This document shows, one piece after another, positions 1 through 8,178 of a stretch of DNA of 22,609 nt. Both the position numbers and the translations under genes were made by a program. Position 1 is the stretch's first letter, and every line of letters starts with the position of its first letter. This stretch comes from a virus (lineage: Duplodnaviria; Heunggongvirae; Uroviricota; Caudoviricetes), in the IMG/VR virus record IMGVR_UViG_2639762834_000007; one strand, written 5' to 3'. The notes under the pieces were generated by a model, which searched no databases, had not been told where the DNA came from, and saw nothing but the letters and a program-made list of their open reading frames with translations.

Positions 1-1176
1 TCAGTCGCCCTGAACGCCCGCGACAGCGCCGCCGAATAAGGCTTCAGCTCGTCTTCCGGCATCGGGCGCCGCGTCTTTGATCCAGCGTCCGTATCGTTGC
101 TCGATCATCTTCAGGCTGATATGGCCCATCTGGCTAGCAACCCACATCGGCGGTTCGCCGGCCGACAGCATCATACTCGCGTAGGTGTGCCGAGTCTGAT
201 ACGGTCGACGATAGCGCACCGCGGATTTTTCGATGGCGCGGTTCCACGCAAGCCAGATCACGTTGTCGCCGCTCCACGCCTCGCCGGTCCGGGGGTTTAG
301 GAAGATCGAGCCGCCGATAAGCAGAGTGAATCGCTTCTGGTCGTCGAGGGCTGCGAGGGCTGGTTCGAGCAGCTTCACATTGCGCCGACTGCCGCGCGTC
401 TTCGTGTCCTCGACCTTCTTCGCGACGCGAGCAGCTCGCGTCCGGGCACGTTGTACGCGAACGATTCCACGCTTCCAGTCGATGTCGCCCCACTGGAGGG
501 CGATCAGCTCGGACGTTCGCAGGCCAGTCCAGAACGCAAACTGAAACAGATTCCTTTCTTGTCCGGCCATCGCGCCGAGAATCGCGGCCTGCTCCTCCGC
601 GGTGAATGGATCGACATCGTCGTCTCGGCCTGGTGCTTCGTTTCGCTGGTAAGTCCACCCATACAAAACGTTTGTCTCGACGATCTCATCCTGCAAGGCT
701 TCAGCGAGTGCCGCCCGGAAGACCGATAGCACGTTGGTCATGCGCTTATTGCCGAATTTCTGCTTCGCTGCCCATTCGCGCACGTGGGAACGACGTACAT
801 CGGACATCGTGAGGTGGCCGAATGCTGGTTTCAGTGTCCCTTTGATGATTTTCCTGTAACCCTCGATCGTGCTGGCGGCGAGAACATTCTCCTGCCGGTC
901 GAGCCACGTGTCGAGGAACGACTCCACCAGCAGAGCATCGCCTTGCCGTTCGACGAACCGAGCTATCCGTTTCGACTCCGGGAAGGAAACTCGGTAGTCG
1001 AACGTTCCGTTTGCGATCGCGGTGCGAACCGCGCCGAGAAAATTGGCGGCTGCTTTTAGGTTAGCGGGAGTGGGCTCGAGGCGGATGCGCTCGCGACAAC
1101 GGACGCCCTTATAGGTGAAGGTGACTTCGATCGAACTGCCACTAATGGCGCGGACACCCGTGCCGTTTCTACCCAT
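1..1176 (-). CDS. int: Tyrosine integrase with DUF3596-like arm-binding N-terminus
   Basis: GLRTSEL (catalytic R), RPYQTRHT, MGH, terminal Y; SD GAGGGG upstream. Confidence 0.95.
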   Translation of the reverse strand: MGRNGTGVRAISGSSIEVTFTYKGVRCRERIRLEPTPANLKAAANFLGAVRTAIANGTFDYRVSFPESKRIARFVERQGDALLVESFLDTWLDRQENVLAASTIEGYRKIIKGTLKPAFGHLTMSDVRRSHVREWAAKQKFGNKRMTNVLSVFRAALAEALQDEIVETNVLYGWTYQRNEAPGRDDDVDPFTAEEQAAILGAMAGQERNLFQFAFWTGLRTSELIALQWGDIDWKRGIVRVQRARTRAARVAKKVEDTKTRGSRRNVKLLEPALAALDDQKRFTLLIGGSIFLNPRTGEAWSGDNVIWLAWNRAIEKSAVRYRRPYQTRHTYASMMLSAGEPPMWVASQMGHISLKMIEQRYGRWIKDAAPDAGRRAEALFGGAVAGVQGD

Positions 1177-1349
1177 CTTTCATACCCCTCAATATCAATT
1201 AAAATGCGCCCGTCCGGCGCCTTCACCCACAGTTGACCTTCTAGCCACACACCGTCACGGCGTTTGGATTTCACTGCGTCTTCCGTATAGCCGGTCATTT
1301 CACAGAACTTGAGTACCGTGACGTACCGGGATGCGAAGGCGGCGATCAT
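1056..1349 (-). CDS. xis: Excisionase; ATG 1349 preferred, GTG 1355 possible
   Basis: Winged-helix Xis pattern (KFCEMTGYTEDAVKSKRRDGVW...APDGRILID); SD AGGGAG; overlaps int start. Confidence 0.85.
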   Translation of the reverse strand: MIAAFASRYVTVLKFCEMTGYTEDAVKSKRRDGVWLEGQLWVKAPDGRILIDIEGYERWVETARVSAPLVAVRSKSPSPIRASVVASASASSPLPLT

Positions 1350-1465
1350 TGCCACGTCTCCCTAAATCTGATCTGTGTGCGGTCATCGAACCGGTGAGCG
1401 CTCGACGGCCTTTTGACGCACTGCCGTTTCGGGCCAAATCGGTCCATTTTTCTGCTGTTGCTCAT

Positions 1466-1474
1466 GCTAGGATT
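1466..1474 (+). promoter_or_regulatory. Extended -10 promoter candidate TGcTAGGAT
   Basis: TGn-TAnnnT upstream of ORF 1499. Confidence 0.45.
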
Positions 1475-1498
1475 TCCTGAATTTCGATTTCAAAACTT

Positions 1499-1735
1499 AT
1501 GGGGATGGCTGTGGCGTTCGAGACGATTAAGGCGTGCGCCGAGTGCACCGAACTGCACGGGCAACCGTCGACCATAAAGCCGAAGCATCTCGTGATGGTC
1601 GGTGCAGGCGTGTTCCAAGGCGAATGTCGAGAAGAGCACTACGAGTGCTCGACGTGCGGTGCTGCGTTTGCTCGTGTTTTGACGGGCGAGACAGCATCCC
1701 GCGTATGGCTTGTGGTGAATTCAATCCAGCACTGA
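1499..1735 (+). CDS. Small putative Zn-binding protein (CxxC...CxxC)
   Basis: CAEC and CSTC motifs; own promoter candidate. Confidence 0.7.
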   Translation: MGMAVAFETIKACAECTELHGQPSTIKPKHLVMVGAGVFQGECREEHYECSTCGAAFARVLTGETASRVWLVVNSIQH

Positions 1736-1777
1736 CGCCCGCGCGCGTCGCGCCGTCAGATTCATGAAACCCGGGAG

Positions 1778-1786
1778 TGCTACGAT
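1778..1786 (+). promoter_or_regulatory. Extended -10 promoter candidate TGcTACGAT
   Basis: TGn-TAnnnT upstream of ORF 1817. Confidence 0.45.
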
Positions 1787-1816
1787 TGCCTCGGTTAGTT
1801 TCATGATCTGATCCAA

Positions 1817-2026
1817 ATGAAGCATTTGTTTACGATGCGCGGCTACCACGTCGACTGCACGCCGCGCGCGACCGAAGACGGCCAGTTCGCCTCACAGGTG
1901 ACATTCACCTACATCGGCTACCACCCGGAAGCATCATTCAAGACGCTCGGTACATATGAAACGGAAGAGGCTGCCGTCGAGCGGGCGCGATCGTTCGCCG
2001 TTGAATGGCTCGCGCGATACGGTTGA
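1817..2026 (+). CDS. Small hypothetical protein, predicted beta-beta-beta-alpha
   Basis: 69 aa, RGY motif, amphipathic C-terminal helix. Confidence 0.75.
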   Translation: MKHLFTMRGYHVDCTPRATEDGQFASQVTFTYIGYHPEASFKTLGTYETEEAAVERARSFAVEWLARYG

Positions 2027-2034
2027 ACTGGGCT

Positions 2035-2278
2035 ATGCTCGATCAATTCACATACCGCGGGTACGACGTTGAGATAGAGGCAACCGAGCGGGAGAGCGAT
2101 GCACTTGGCCCGCGCGTGCTCGTGAGCATGTCGATCGTCCGCGCACGCGATGGCGACGTGCTGTTTCGCGAGGCGCCGATCCGCATGCTGCCAGCCGGTG
2201 TGACTCACGCCTGATCTGGCGATCGAATACCGGCGAGATGAGGCTCGGCGCCGGGTAGACGGGGTGATCAGTGCGTAG
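2035..2278 (+). pseudogene. Small beta-beta-beta-alpha protein with an apparent frameshift near 2206
   Basis: Frame stops at 2214; the +1 frame from 2207 reads TPDLAIEYRRDEARRRVDGVISA* to 2278. Confidence 0.55.
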
Positions 2279-2301
2279 TGCAGTTCAATACGGACGCTGA
2301 T

Positions 2302-2547
2302 ATGTCGGAACATATGGTTGTCGACGAAAACGGTTATCTGTGTTTTTGCGAAGCACACGAAGAGGCCTCGGGTGTTTGGCGCGCACTCGTGCGTTTCGAG
2401 CGCAAGAGCGACCATACGGCGAAGAAGACGCATATCGTAGGTATGACGCACAAGATCTTTGAGAAATTTGCGACCCACCACGAAGCAATGGAAGCCGCAA
2501 AGGCTTACGCCAGATACAAGGCGTCTCGAGACGACACGGGTCTCTAA
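2302..2547 (+). CDS. Small hypothetical protein, predicted beta-beta-beta-alpha
   Basis: ATG 2302 with GGACG upstream; NGY motif; C-terminal helix EAMEAAKAYA. Confidence 0.75.
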   Translation: MSEHMVVDENGYLCFCEAHEEASGVWRALVRFERKSDHTAKKTHIVGMTHKIFEKFATHHEAMEAAKAYARYKASRDDTGL

Positions 2548-2565
2548 AATCAACGATCGAGGTGA

Positions 2566-2664
2566 CTACTCTTCTGCACCGATAGAGCATCGCATCTGCG
2601 ATTTGCGGCCGTCGAGGATGGCGCACACCATCGGGTCGGCAAAGAGGATCGGGAATTCACTCAT
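2566..2664 (-). pseudogene. 5' remnant of a phage ASCH-like gene (MKERPILF...MVRAILDGRKTQTRR type)
   Basis: MSEFPILFADPMVCAILDGRKSQMR then stop after 32 codons; SD AAGGA. Confidence 0.65.
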
Positions 2665-2696
2665 GATGGGATTCCTTGAAACGAAAGGAGGCGAAA

Positions 2697-2912
2697 ATGG
2701 GGGCTGGCAATGAACGAGATCGACTGCAATACGAAGCCGAGATGGCGAAGCGAGACTTGGACGCAGCGGAGGCTGCTGTGCATCCATCGAAAATCCCGAC
2801 GGACCGCGCACCTAATGAGGCGCTTTTCGTGCGGCTGGAGGACGCGCGAGCAGTCTACGAGGCGAAGCAGCGCGCCCTCGAGGAATATGAGCGGGGAATC
2901 TCTCCGTCTTGA
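2697..2912 (+). CDS. Small helical hypothetical protein
   Basis: SD AAGGAGG before ATG 2697; helical hairpin pattern. Confidence 0.7.
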   Translation: MGAGNERDRLQYEAEMAKRDLDAAEAAVHPSKIPTDRAPNEALFVRLEDARAVYEAKQRALEEYERGISPS

Positions 2913-2933
2913 CTGACTCGATAGGAGGCGATC

Positions 2934-3176
2934 ATGGCAAAGCCAGTAATTTCGCGTGAAGAATTCATCGCGAGGGTCAATGAGCGCCTTCCGAGCCACT
3001 ACGCTTACGAAGTCGGTTGGCGCGTCTTTCTGTATCCGGAGGGCTCGGACGGGCAGACCGCGAGCGGTTACGATCTTGAGCCACGATCGGCCGTCGGGCA
3101 CATCAAGCAAGTGATCGACCACGTCAAGTCGACGTACGACGTCGTTCCGAATATTTCGCTCGCGGCTCACGACTGA
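2934..3176 (+). CDS. Hypothetical protein (moron)
   Basis: SD AGGAGG; 80 aa with globular composition. Confidence 0.75.
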   Translation: MAKPVISREEFIARVNERLPSHYAYEVGWRVFLYPEGSDGQTASGYDLEPRSAVGHIKQVIDHVKSTYDVVPNISLAAHD

Positions 3177-4114
3177 CTCCTCGGGAATTCGTCATGCGTG
3201 CGGCTGTCGAGCAGGCGGCCGGTGGCGCGCTTGCCTGCGCGTTGCATCCAGCAATCGCTGCGGCCGCGTGCGCCGAGCCGCTGACCGCTTTCTCCGACGT
3301 CGGTGATCCGGCGACGTGGCGCGGTGTCGACAAGCGGATAGCCCATACTCTCTGGACCCCGCGGACACCATTCGCCCCATTGCTTGAACAGGAACGGGAC
3401 ACTCGCGGCTGCGCACTGGTCCCGCAGCGACCTGGTCCAGTCGGGGTGCATAGGCCGCGCGCCGGGGCCGCTTTCGCCGCCGGCGATCACCCAGTCGATA
3501 CCTCGCAGCCCACGAGAGGGTGCGTCTACGATGTTCCCATTCATGTCCGACCAGAGAGCCCCGCTCGACACCAGATCCACGGGCCCAAGCAGCGGCTCCA
3601 TCGACAGGAAGCGTACGCGCGCGGGTACTGCGAGCAGCTTCGGGATGTCGCGGCCGGCCTCTTCCTGGTTGACGATCGTCGCGCCGAGCCAGACGTTATC
3701 CGGCAGGCGATCGAGCCCGATCTCGCACAGCATTGCCGCAGCGTTGCCGATCCGTTTCGTCAGCAGCAGCCAGTCGAGATTCTGCGTGTCTCCGATCAAC
3801 CTGAACAAGTCCATGCGCCATGCGGGCGGCACAGCGTTGTCGAATACATCGGAGAGCGACGCGCAGAATACGCGCTGGCGGCGGTCGTGCTTCGCGAAGA
3901 ACTCCCCGTGACGTGCATTCCATCGCTTCGGATTGTTCCAGGTGGACGCGGCCGTGCGATGGCGCGGATTGCCAGCGCCCCAAACCACGCGAAGTGCCGT
4001 GCTGGCGCGCTCGCGCTCGGCATAGCAGTGGTCGCAGCCGGGAGATATCTTCGTGCAGCCGATCCACGCATTGAATGTGTGGTCGCACCATTCGATTTTG
4101 CTGTTCTCGCTCAC
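3167..4114 (-). CDS. Phage Gp37/Gp68 (DUF5131) radical-SAM-like protein
   Basis: SKIEWCDHTFNAWIGCTKISPGCDHCYAE, WLLLTKR, SMEPLLG, GGESG, FLFKQWG; GTG 4114 overlaps upstream TGA; SD AGGGAG. Confidence 0.92.
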   Translation of the reverse strand: MSENSKIEWCDHTFNAWIGCTKISPGCDHCYAERERASTALRVVWGAGNPRHRTAASTWNNPKRWNARHGEFFAKHDRRQRVFCASLSDVFDNAVPPAWRMDLFRLIGDTQNLDWLLLTKRIGNAAAMLCEIGLDRLPDNVWLGATIVNQEEAGRDIPKLLAVPARVRFLSMEPLLGPVDLVSSGALWSDMNGNIVDAPSRGLRGIDWVIAGGESGPGARPMHPDWTRSLRDQCAAASVPFLFKQWGEWCPRGPESMGYPLVDTAPRRRITDVGESGQRLGARGRSDCWMQRAGKRATGRLLDSRTHDEFPRSQS

Positions 4115-4449
4115 GATTTGCTCCCTTGGGTGCGGGCGGCGTCGAGGGCGCATTCCACCTCGTCTACATCTGGCGGCGGCTCATTACCGCTGCGCCAGCG
4201 CTCACGTAGTTCAAGCGCGTACGTAGCCGCATCGACATACCATGCTCGCTCCCGCAGCCAGCGATAGCGCTCTGCGCAGAGCTTGTCGTCATCCGTCACC
4301 TCGGAGCGCGGCTCCGGCTGGCTCGGATGGGGGGCGAGAATTGCTTCCAGTTCTTCCGCAAGCTTGTACTGGCAGGAATGTCGGGCCTCGTCTGCTGCGC
4401 GGCTGATCACCTGACGTTCGCCGACCGTCAGCGCGTCGTTATTCGGCAT
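4111..4449 (-). CDS. Phage hypothetical protein with AERYRWLR motif
   Basis: Common phage motif; translationally coupled to neighbours. Confidence 0.75.
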   Translation of the reverse strand: MPNNDALTVGERQVISRAADEARHSCQYKLAEELEAILAPHPSQPEPRSEVTDDDKLCAERYRWLRERAWYVDAATYALELRERWRSGNEPPPDVDEVECALDAARTQGSKS

Positions 4450-4681
4450 GGTCGACTTCCCTCACTTCTTTGATGAAGTCGGCGGCATCCTCAGACGACT
4501 CGAAGAAAAATGTCTTATTCGTTCCGCCGTCGTAGACATGCGCCCATTTCTTCAGACTCGGCTCGTAAGCCTGCACGCTGTACTTCGGCTTGAGCGTGTT
4601 CATGTCAAGCCACGGATGAGTGCGCATTCTCCATTCCGGCCGCACGCTACTGCGCGCGATTCCAAGTTGCCTCTTAGCCAT
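4439..4681 (-). CDS. Phage hypothetical protein
   Basis: 80 aa; overlaps both neighbours. Confidence 0.7.
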   Translation of the reverse strand: MAKRQLGIARSSVRPEWRMRTHPWLDMNTLKPKYSVQAYEPSLKKWAHVYDGGTNKTFFFESSEDAADFIKEVREVDHAE

Positions 4682-4931
4682 GGCTGGCTCCCTCGGCAGT
4701 TGACTTGCCGCAAAACGGGCAGTAGCTGGAAATGACCGGAATCAGCTTTCCGCGCATGAATCCTTTCGCCTGCGCGACGATCTTGAACTCGGTCTTGTGG
4801 ATCACGCGTATCGAATTGCTAGACATGGAGAATCCGGCCGATTGGCAGTCGGCCGAGGCGTCCGCGCCGAGTTCTTCGCTGTAGCGTTTGGCCAGTTTGA
4901 TCTCGATCTCGCTTATGCAATTGCAGTTCAT
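4674..4931 (-). CDS. Cys-containing phage protein (CNC...YCPFCG)
   Basis: ATG 4931 overlaps upstream TGA (ATGA). Confidence 0.75.
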   Translation of the reverse strand: MNCNCISEIEIKLAKRYSEELGADASADCQSAGFSMSSNSIRVIHKTEFKIVAQAKGFMRGKLIPVISSYCPFCGKSTAEGASHG

Positions 4932-7000
4932 GATTTGTCGGCTCCGTTGAGAAGGGTGGCACGGTCGAGACGTTCGAGCTCGGCGAGGATCAGTGCACCG
5001 GCGCGCACGAGGTCGCGGCGCGGGTCCTTCGGCTTCCACCACTTCATATCCCAAGGCCAAAGGCTATTCTGCGCGGCTGGATTGCCTTCATGAGGTTTTG
5101 CAGACTGGTACGCATCGGCTCTCCATGCAAAGCAAGAGCCGGCGTGTAGCGCATAACAAGCGGCGGCGCGTGCCATTTCACCTTTGTCATGCTCGTCGTC
5201 GTGCTTGGGCGTCCAGCCTTCCGCCTCCACCTGTCGGCGGCGCTCGGCGAGCATGTCGCGCGCAGCGTCCGTCAGGCTCGCCACCCTCGCGGCGGGCTGG
5301 GCGGTGTAGACGGGTATCAGGCCGCCGATCCGATCCGCGACTATCTTGTTGCGCGTGGCGTAATTGCTCACTGGTGCGACGCAGGCGTACGGCTGCGCCT
5401 CTCCCGCGTCAGCGGCGGCGTGATCGTGGTCGCGCAAGTACGCGGCAAGCGAGCAGGCGAAGTCGGCAGCGAGCTGTCCCGTGATGTAGCGGCCAAAGTC
5501 ATGCCGGCGCAGGCGCTTCGCGAAGAACTCGGCCACGTAGCTCCGGCCGCCCGCAGTGGTGCTCAGATCGTGCGGCCCGATCGGCTCGCGCGCCTCTCCC
5601 GCATCGGCGGGGGCGCTGACGGCGTAGCACGGAATCGAATACGGCCGCACCGATGATGCGGTAGCGCCACCATCTGCCAATGCGCGTTGCTTTTGCGCGG
5701 CGGTGATTGCCCGGTCGTCATCAGTCACCCACGCGATCGGCTCGCGCGCCTCTGCCAGTTCGCTGACCTCGTTCGTCTCGAATAGTCCATTCGCGAGCAA
5801 CGAATAGTGTCCGCTGCACTTCGGGCATGCAACGCTCATGACGTTCTCGTGGCCGCATCCGGGGCACTTATCTTCGACCGGCGACGGACCGGACCAGCCG
5901 CACGGATAGCCGCATGCTGCATCCGTTGCGTGGCCGTCGTTGATGCCGATGTGGTCGCAGCGATCGCACTGCCGCACCTCGACGTAGATCTGATTCGGCT
6001 CGCGCGCCTCTGCTGGTGCGTCGGCCTGCGTCCTCCGTGCGCCAAAGGTCGGCATACCTTCCTGCGCATCCTGCGCGCAGGCACACGGACTTGCTCCGCC
6101 GTCGGCCTCGATCACCCCTTCGCCATCGCAATGCGGGCATTCCGTCGCATGGGCCGGTGCGTCGGCCTGCGCGGGTTGCGGGGCATAGTAGACGCGACGA
6201 CGATTGCTCGGCTGTCGTTCGGCGTAATACGCCGGTGTGACGTCGGCCCACGAACTCGTCTCTTCAACCCACACCTGATGGATTACCTGATGGATCGCCG
6301 CCGGTTCTTCCGGCAGAGCGGGGCGAGCGCCGAGAAACCCAAGCGGAAACCAAACTCCTGAATCCTTGCGGCATTGCTCGATGGCGTCATTCCAGAGCCA
6401 GTCGCCCGACAATTCCCCGGTGTCCGGATGCTTGCGAACCCACGCCACCGCCTCCGCAGCGGGCGATGCTGCCGCGCGGGCAATGACTTCCTTCAGCGAA
6501 TTGAGCATCTCCGTCATGTACCCAACGTCATAGGCATCGTTGCGAAGTTGTGCATTCTCGATGCAGTTCTCCAGCCCGTTACGCAGCCGTTCAAGCTTCG
6601 CCCGCTCGTCGGCCGTCGCGGCTGCCGCCATAGCGGGGGAGCGGGACTCGATGAAGCCGAGCGCGCGGCTGCGTCCATACTTGGGGTCGCATGGTTCTTC
6701 TGCGAAGTAATGACCGAGTTCGGGCTCGTCGGGCCAGTCGATGAACCATGCGATCGGCTTCGCCCCTTCCGCACCTGTCTCATTGGCAGAGATGGAGAGC
6801 GCAGGCACGATCGCGCGATCGATCAGATCGTCGACGTTGCGCGAATCGCAGTAGTCGAAGGCGCGAAGGATGCGGCCCTCCGGAGCGCGGATGCCTTCGT
6901 CGGAATCCAGCTTGCCGAAGTATTCGGAAATCGATTCGCCCAGCGCTTGCCGCTGGTCGTCCGTCAGCGCATCAGCGCGGCTCTGTTGTTGGTCGTTCAT
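4928..7000 (-). CDS. 690-aa modular Ead/Ea22-like early protein
   Basis: Repeated EP[IV]AW...PxY modules, Cys clusters, C-terminal LAERRRQVEAEGWT...WPW...RDLVRAGALILAELERLDR domain; SD GAGG before ATG 7000. Confidence 0.8.
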   Translation of the reverse strand: MNDQQQSRADALTDDQRQALGESISEYFGKLDSDEGIRAPEGRILRAFDYCDSRNVDDLIDRAIVPALSISANETGAEGAKPIAWFIDWPDEPELGHYFAEEPCDPKYGRSRALGFIESRSPAMAAAATADERAKLERLRNGLENCIENAQLRNDAYDVGYMTEMLNSLKEVIARAAASPAAEAVAWVRKHPDTGELSGDWLWNDAIEQCRKDSGVWFPLGFLGARPALPEEPAAIHQVIHQVWVEETSSWADVTPAYYAERQPSNRRRVYYAPQPAQADAPAHATECPHCDGEGVIEADGGASPCACAQDAQEGMPTFGARRTQADAPAEAREPNQIYVEVRQCDRCDHIGINDGHATDAACGYPCGWSGPSPVEDKCPGCGHENVMSVACPKCSGHYSLLANGLFETNEVSELAEAREPIAWVTDDDRAITAAQKQRALADGGATASSVRPYSIPCYAVSAPADAGEAREPIGPHDLSTTAGGRSYVAEFFAKRLRRHDFGRYITGQLAADFACSLAAYLRDHDHAAADAGEAQPYACVAPVSNYATRNKIVADRIGGLIPVYTAQPAARVASLTDAARDMLAERRRQVEAEGWTPKHDDEHDKGEMARAAACYALHAGSCFAWRADAYQSAKPHEGNPAAQNSLWPWDMKWWKPKDPRRDLVRAGALILAELERLDRATLLNGADKS
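5579..6171. repeat. Direct linker repeats between modules
   Basis: gatcggctcgcgcgcctct at 5579 and 5735 (17-bp core at 5995); ggtgcgtcggcctgcg at 6015 and 6156. Confidence 0.9.
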
Positions 7001-7014
7001 GGTCGAACCTCGAT

Positions 7015-7497
7015 TCAAGACGGTTTGCGGATCTCGACCGCACACGGCGTGGTCATCACTTCGTGCAAAGCCGCTTCAAGCCATCCCATGACCCACTCAT
7101 CGCCCACGACGCTTCGAAGCAGTTGGTAAGCGGACAGCAGCGACGCGGACAAGTAGGAGACCTTCTCTGATTCAGTCATCGTGGCGATGCCGTTGCGGGT
7201 GTAGTCGTCCAACACGAGCTTTATCATCCGCATATCTTCGGCTTTCTCGGCGTTGCCGTATGGCGCGTCAGCGCAGCTCTTCTCGGGTTGCGCTGCCTCG
7301 TCGTGGGCGATGGGCCGGGCAGGATGGGCAATCAACACCTCGAGTAGCCCATTCGCTGCATCTGCGTCTTCGGCACCGCGGCCGCGAAGGCGGTCTTCTG
7401 CGCGTTCGATCAACCCTCGCTGCTCGTCCGTCAGCGCCGCCGGAGTAATGAGCTGCGCCTCGGTGCTCGCGTTCGTCGATTTCTTCATCACGCTCAA
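7015..7497 (-). CDS. Phage hypothetical protein
   Basis: TTG start overlaps upstream TGA; SD GGAGGA; ALTDEQR motif. Confidence 0.7.
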   Translation of the reverse strand: MSVMKKSTNASTEAQLITPAALTDEQRGLIERAEDRLRGRGAEDADAANGLLEVLIAHPARPIAHDEAAQPEKSCADAPYGNAEKAEDMRMIKLVLDDYTRNGIATMTESEKVSYLSASLLSAYQLLRSVVGDEWVMGWLEAALHEVMTTPCAVEIRKPS

Positions 7498-8165
7498 AGT
7501 TCCTCCAACAGCTTGTCGATCGGCTTGCGCGATTGCAGGACGACGAGAGCCATTTGTCTCTTACCTTCGTCGAACCCCGCCCGATAGGCGGCTTGTTCTG
7601 CGGGTGTGCGCCCGGTAGGCTCCGTTGTATGCCGTGTGCGATCGCGGCGCACCTTGGGGGGAATTGCACGTGCAAACAGCGCGTGCGGGCCGTCTTCGGT
7701 GTCGTAGATCTCGAGCAGCACCCAACCTTCGCCATCGGGTGGCGTCGGCGTCCATGCGCTGCAGTCGGCGTCGGCGCGCTCGTAGTACTGCTCGTAGCTT
7801 TCGGCATCGACGTCGGATTCCATGCTGATGAATGCCGATTCGATGCCGAACGCTTCAAGGAACCTGTCGACGCGTACATCCTCGTCGCAGAGGGGAAGCT
7901 CGGGATGCGTCAGCCAGCCTTGTTCGTCGCGCTGGATCTCGCGCGGTGCGAGCAGCTTTGCTCGCAGCCCTTCGAGCGAAACGAAGCCGTCGAAGAGCGA
8001 TTCCCGTGTCGCGGTCGCGAGGTCGAGCCGAAGAGCCTTTGCTTGCTTCAGTACCTCGTCGCGCTGCGGAGACTCAGGCAGCCTGTCGACAGCACCGACA
8101 AGCTCGAATGCGTACTGCGTCAGGTTCACGATGCCGTTCGCGCGCGGTTTCGTCTCATTCGTCAT
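7494..8165 (-). CDS. Phage hypothetical protein
   Basis: WTPTPPDGEGWVLLEIYDTEDGP motif typical of phage early proteins; SD GGAGG. Confidence 0.8.
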   Translation of the reverse strand: MTNETKPRANGIVNLTQYAFELVGAVDRLPESPQRDEVLKQAKALRLDLATATRESLFDGFVSLEGLRAKLLAPREIQRDEQGWLTHPELPLCDEDVRVDRFLEAFGIESAFISMESDVDAESYEQYYERADADCSAWTPTPPDGEGWVLLEIYDTEDGPHALFARAIPPKVRRDRTRHTTEPTGRTPAEQAAYRAGFDEGKRQMALVVLQSRKPIDKLLEEL

Positions 8166-8178
8166 GTCGTGCCTCCGT

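Noticed and set aside
1-60. attL/attR core
   Set aside because: The window begins at the int stop codon; no flanking host DNA or second copy to compare
3194-4267. 357-aa + strand ORF
   Set aside because: Antisense shadow of DUF5131 in GC-rich DNA; no motifs or SD
4928-7000. Diversity-generating retroelement
   Set aside because: No reverse transcriptase and no long TR/VR pair with adenine-specific differences
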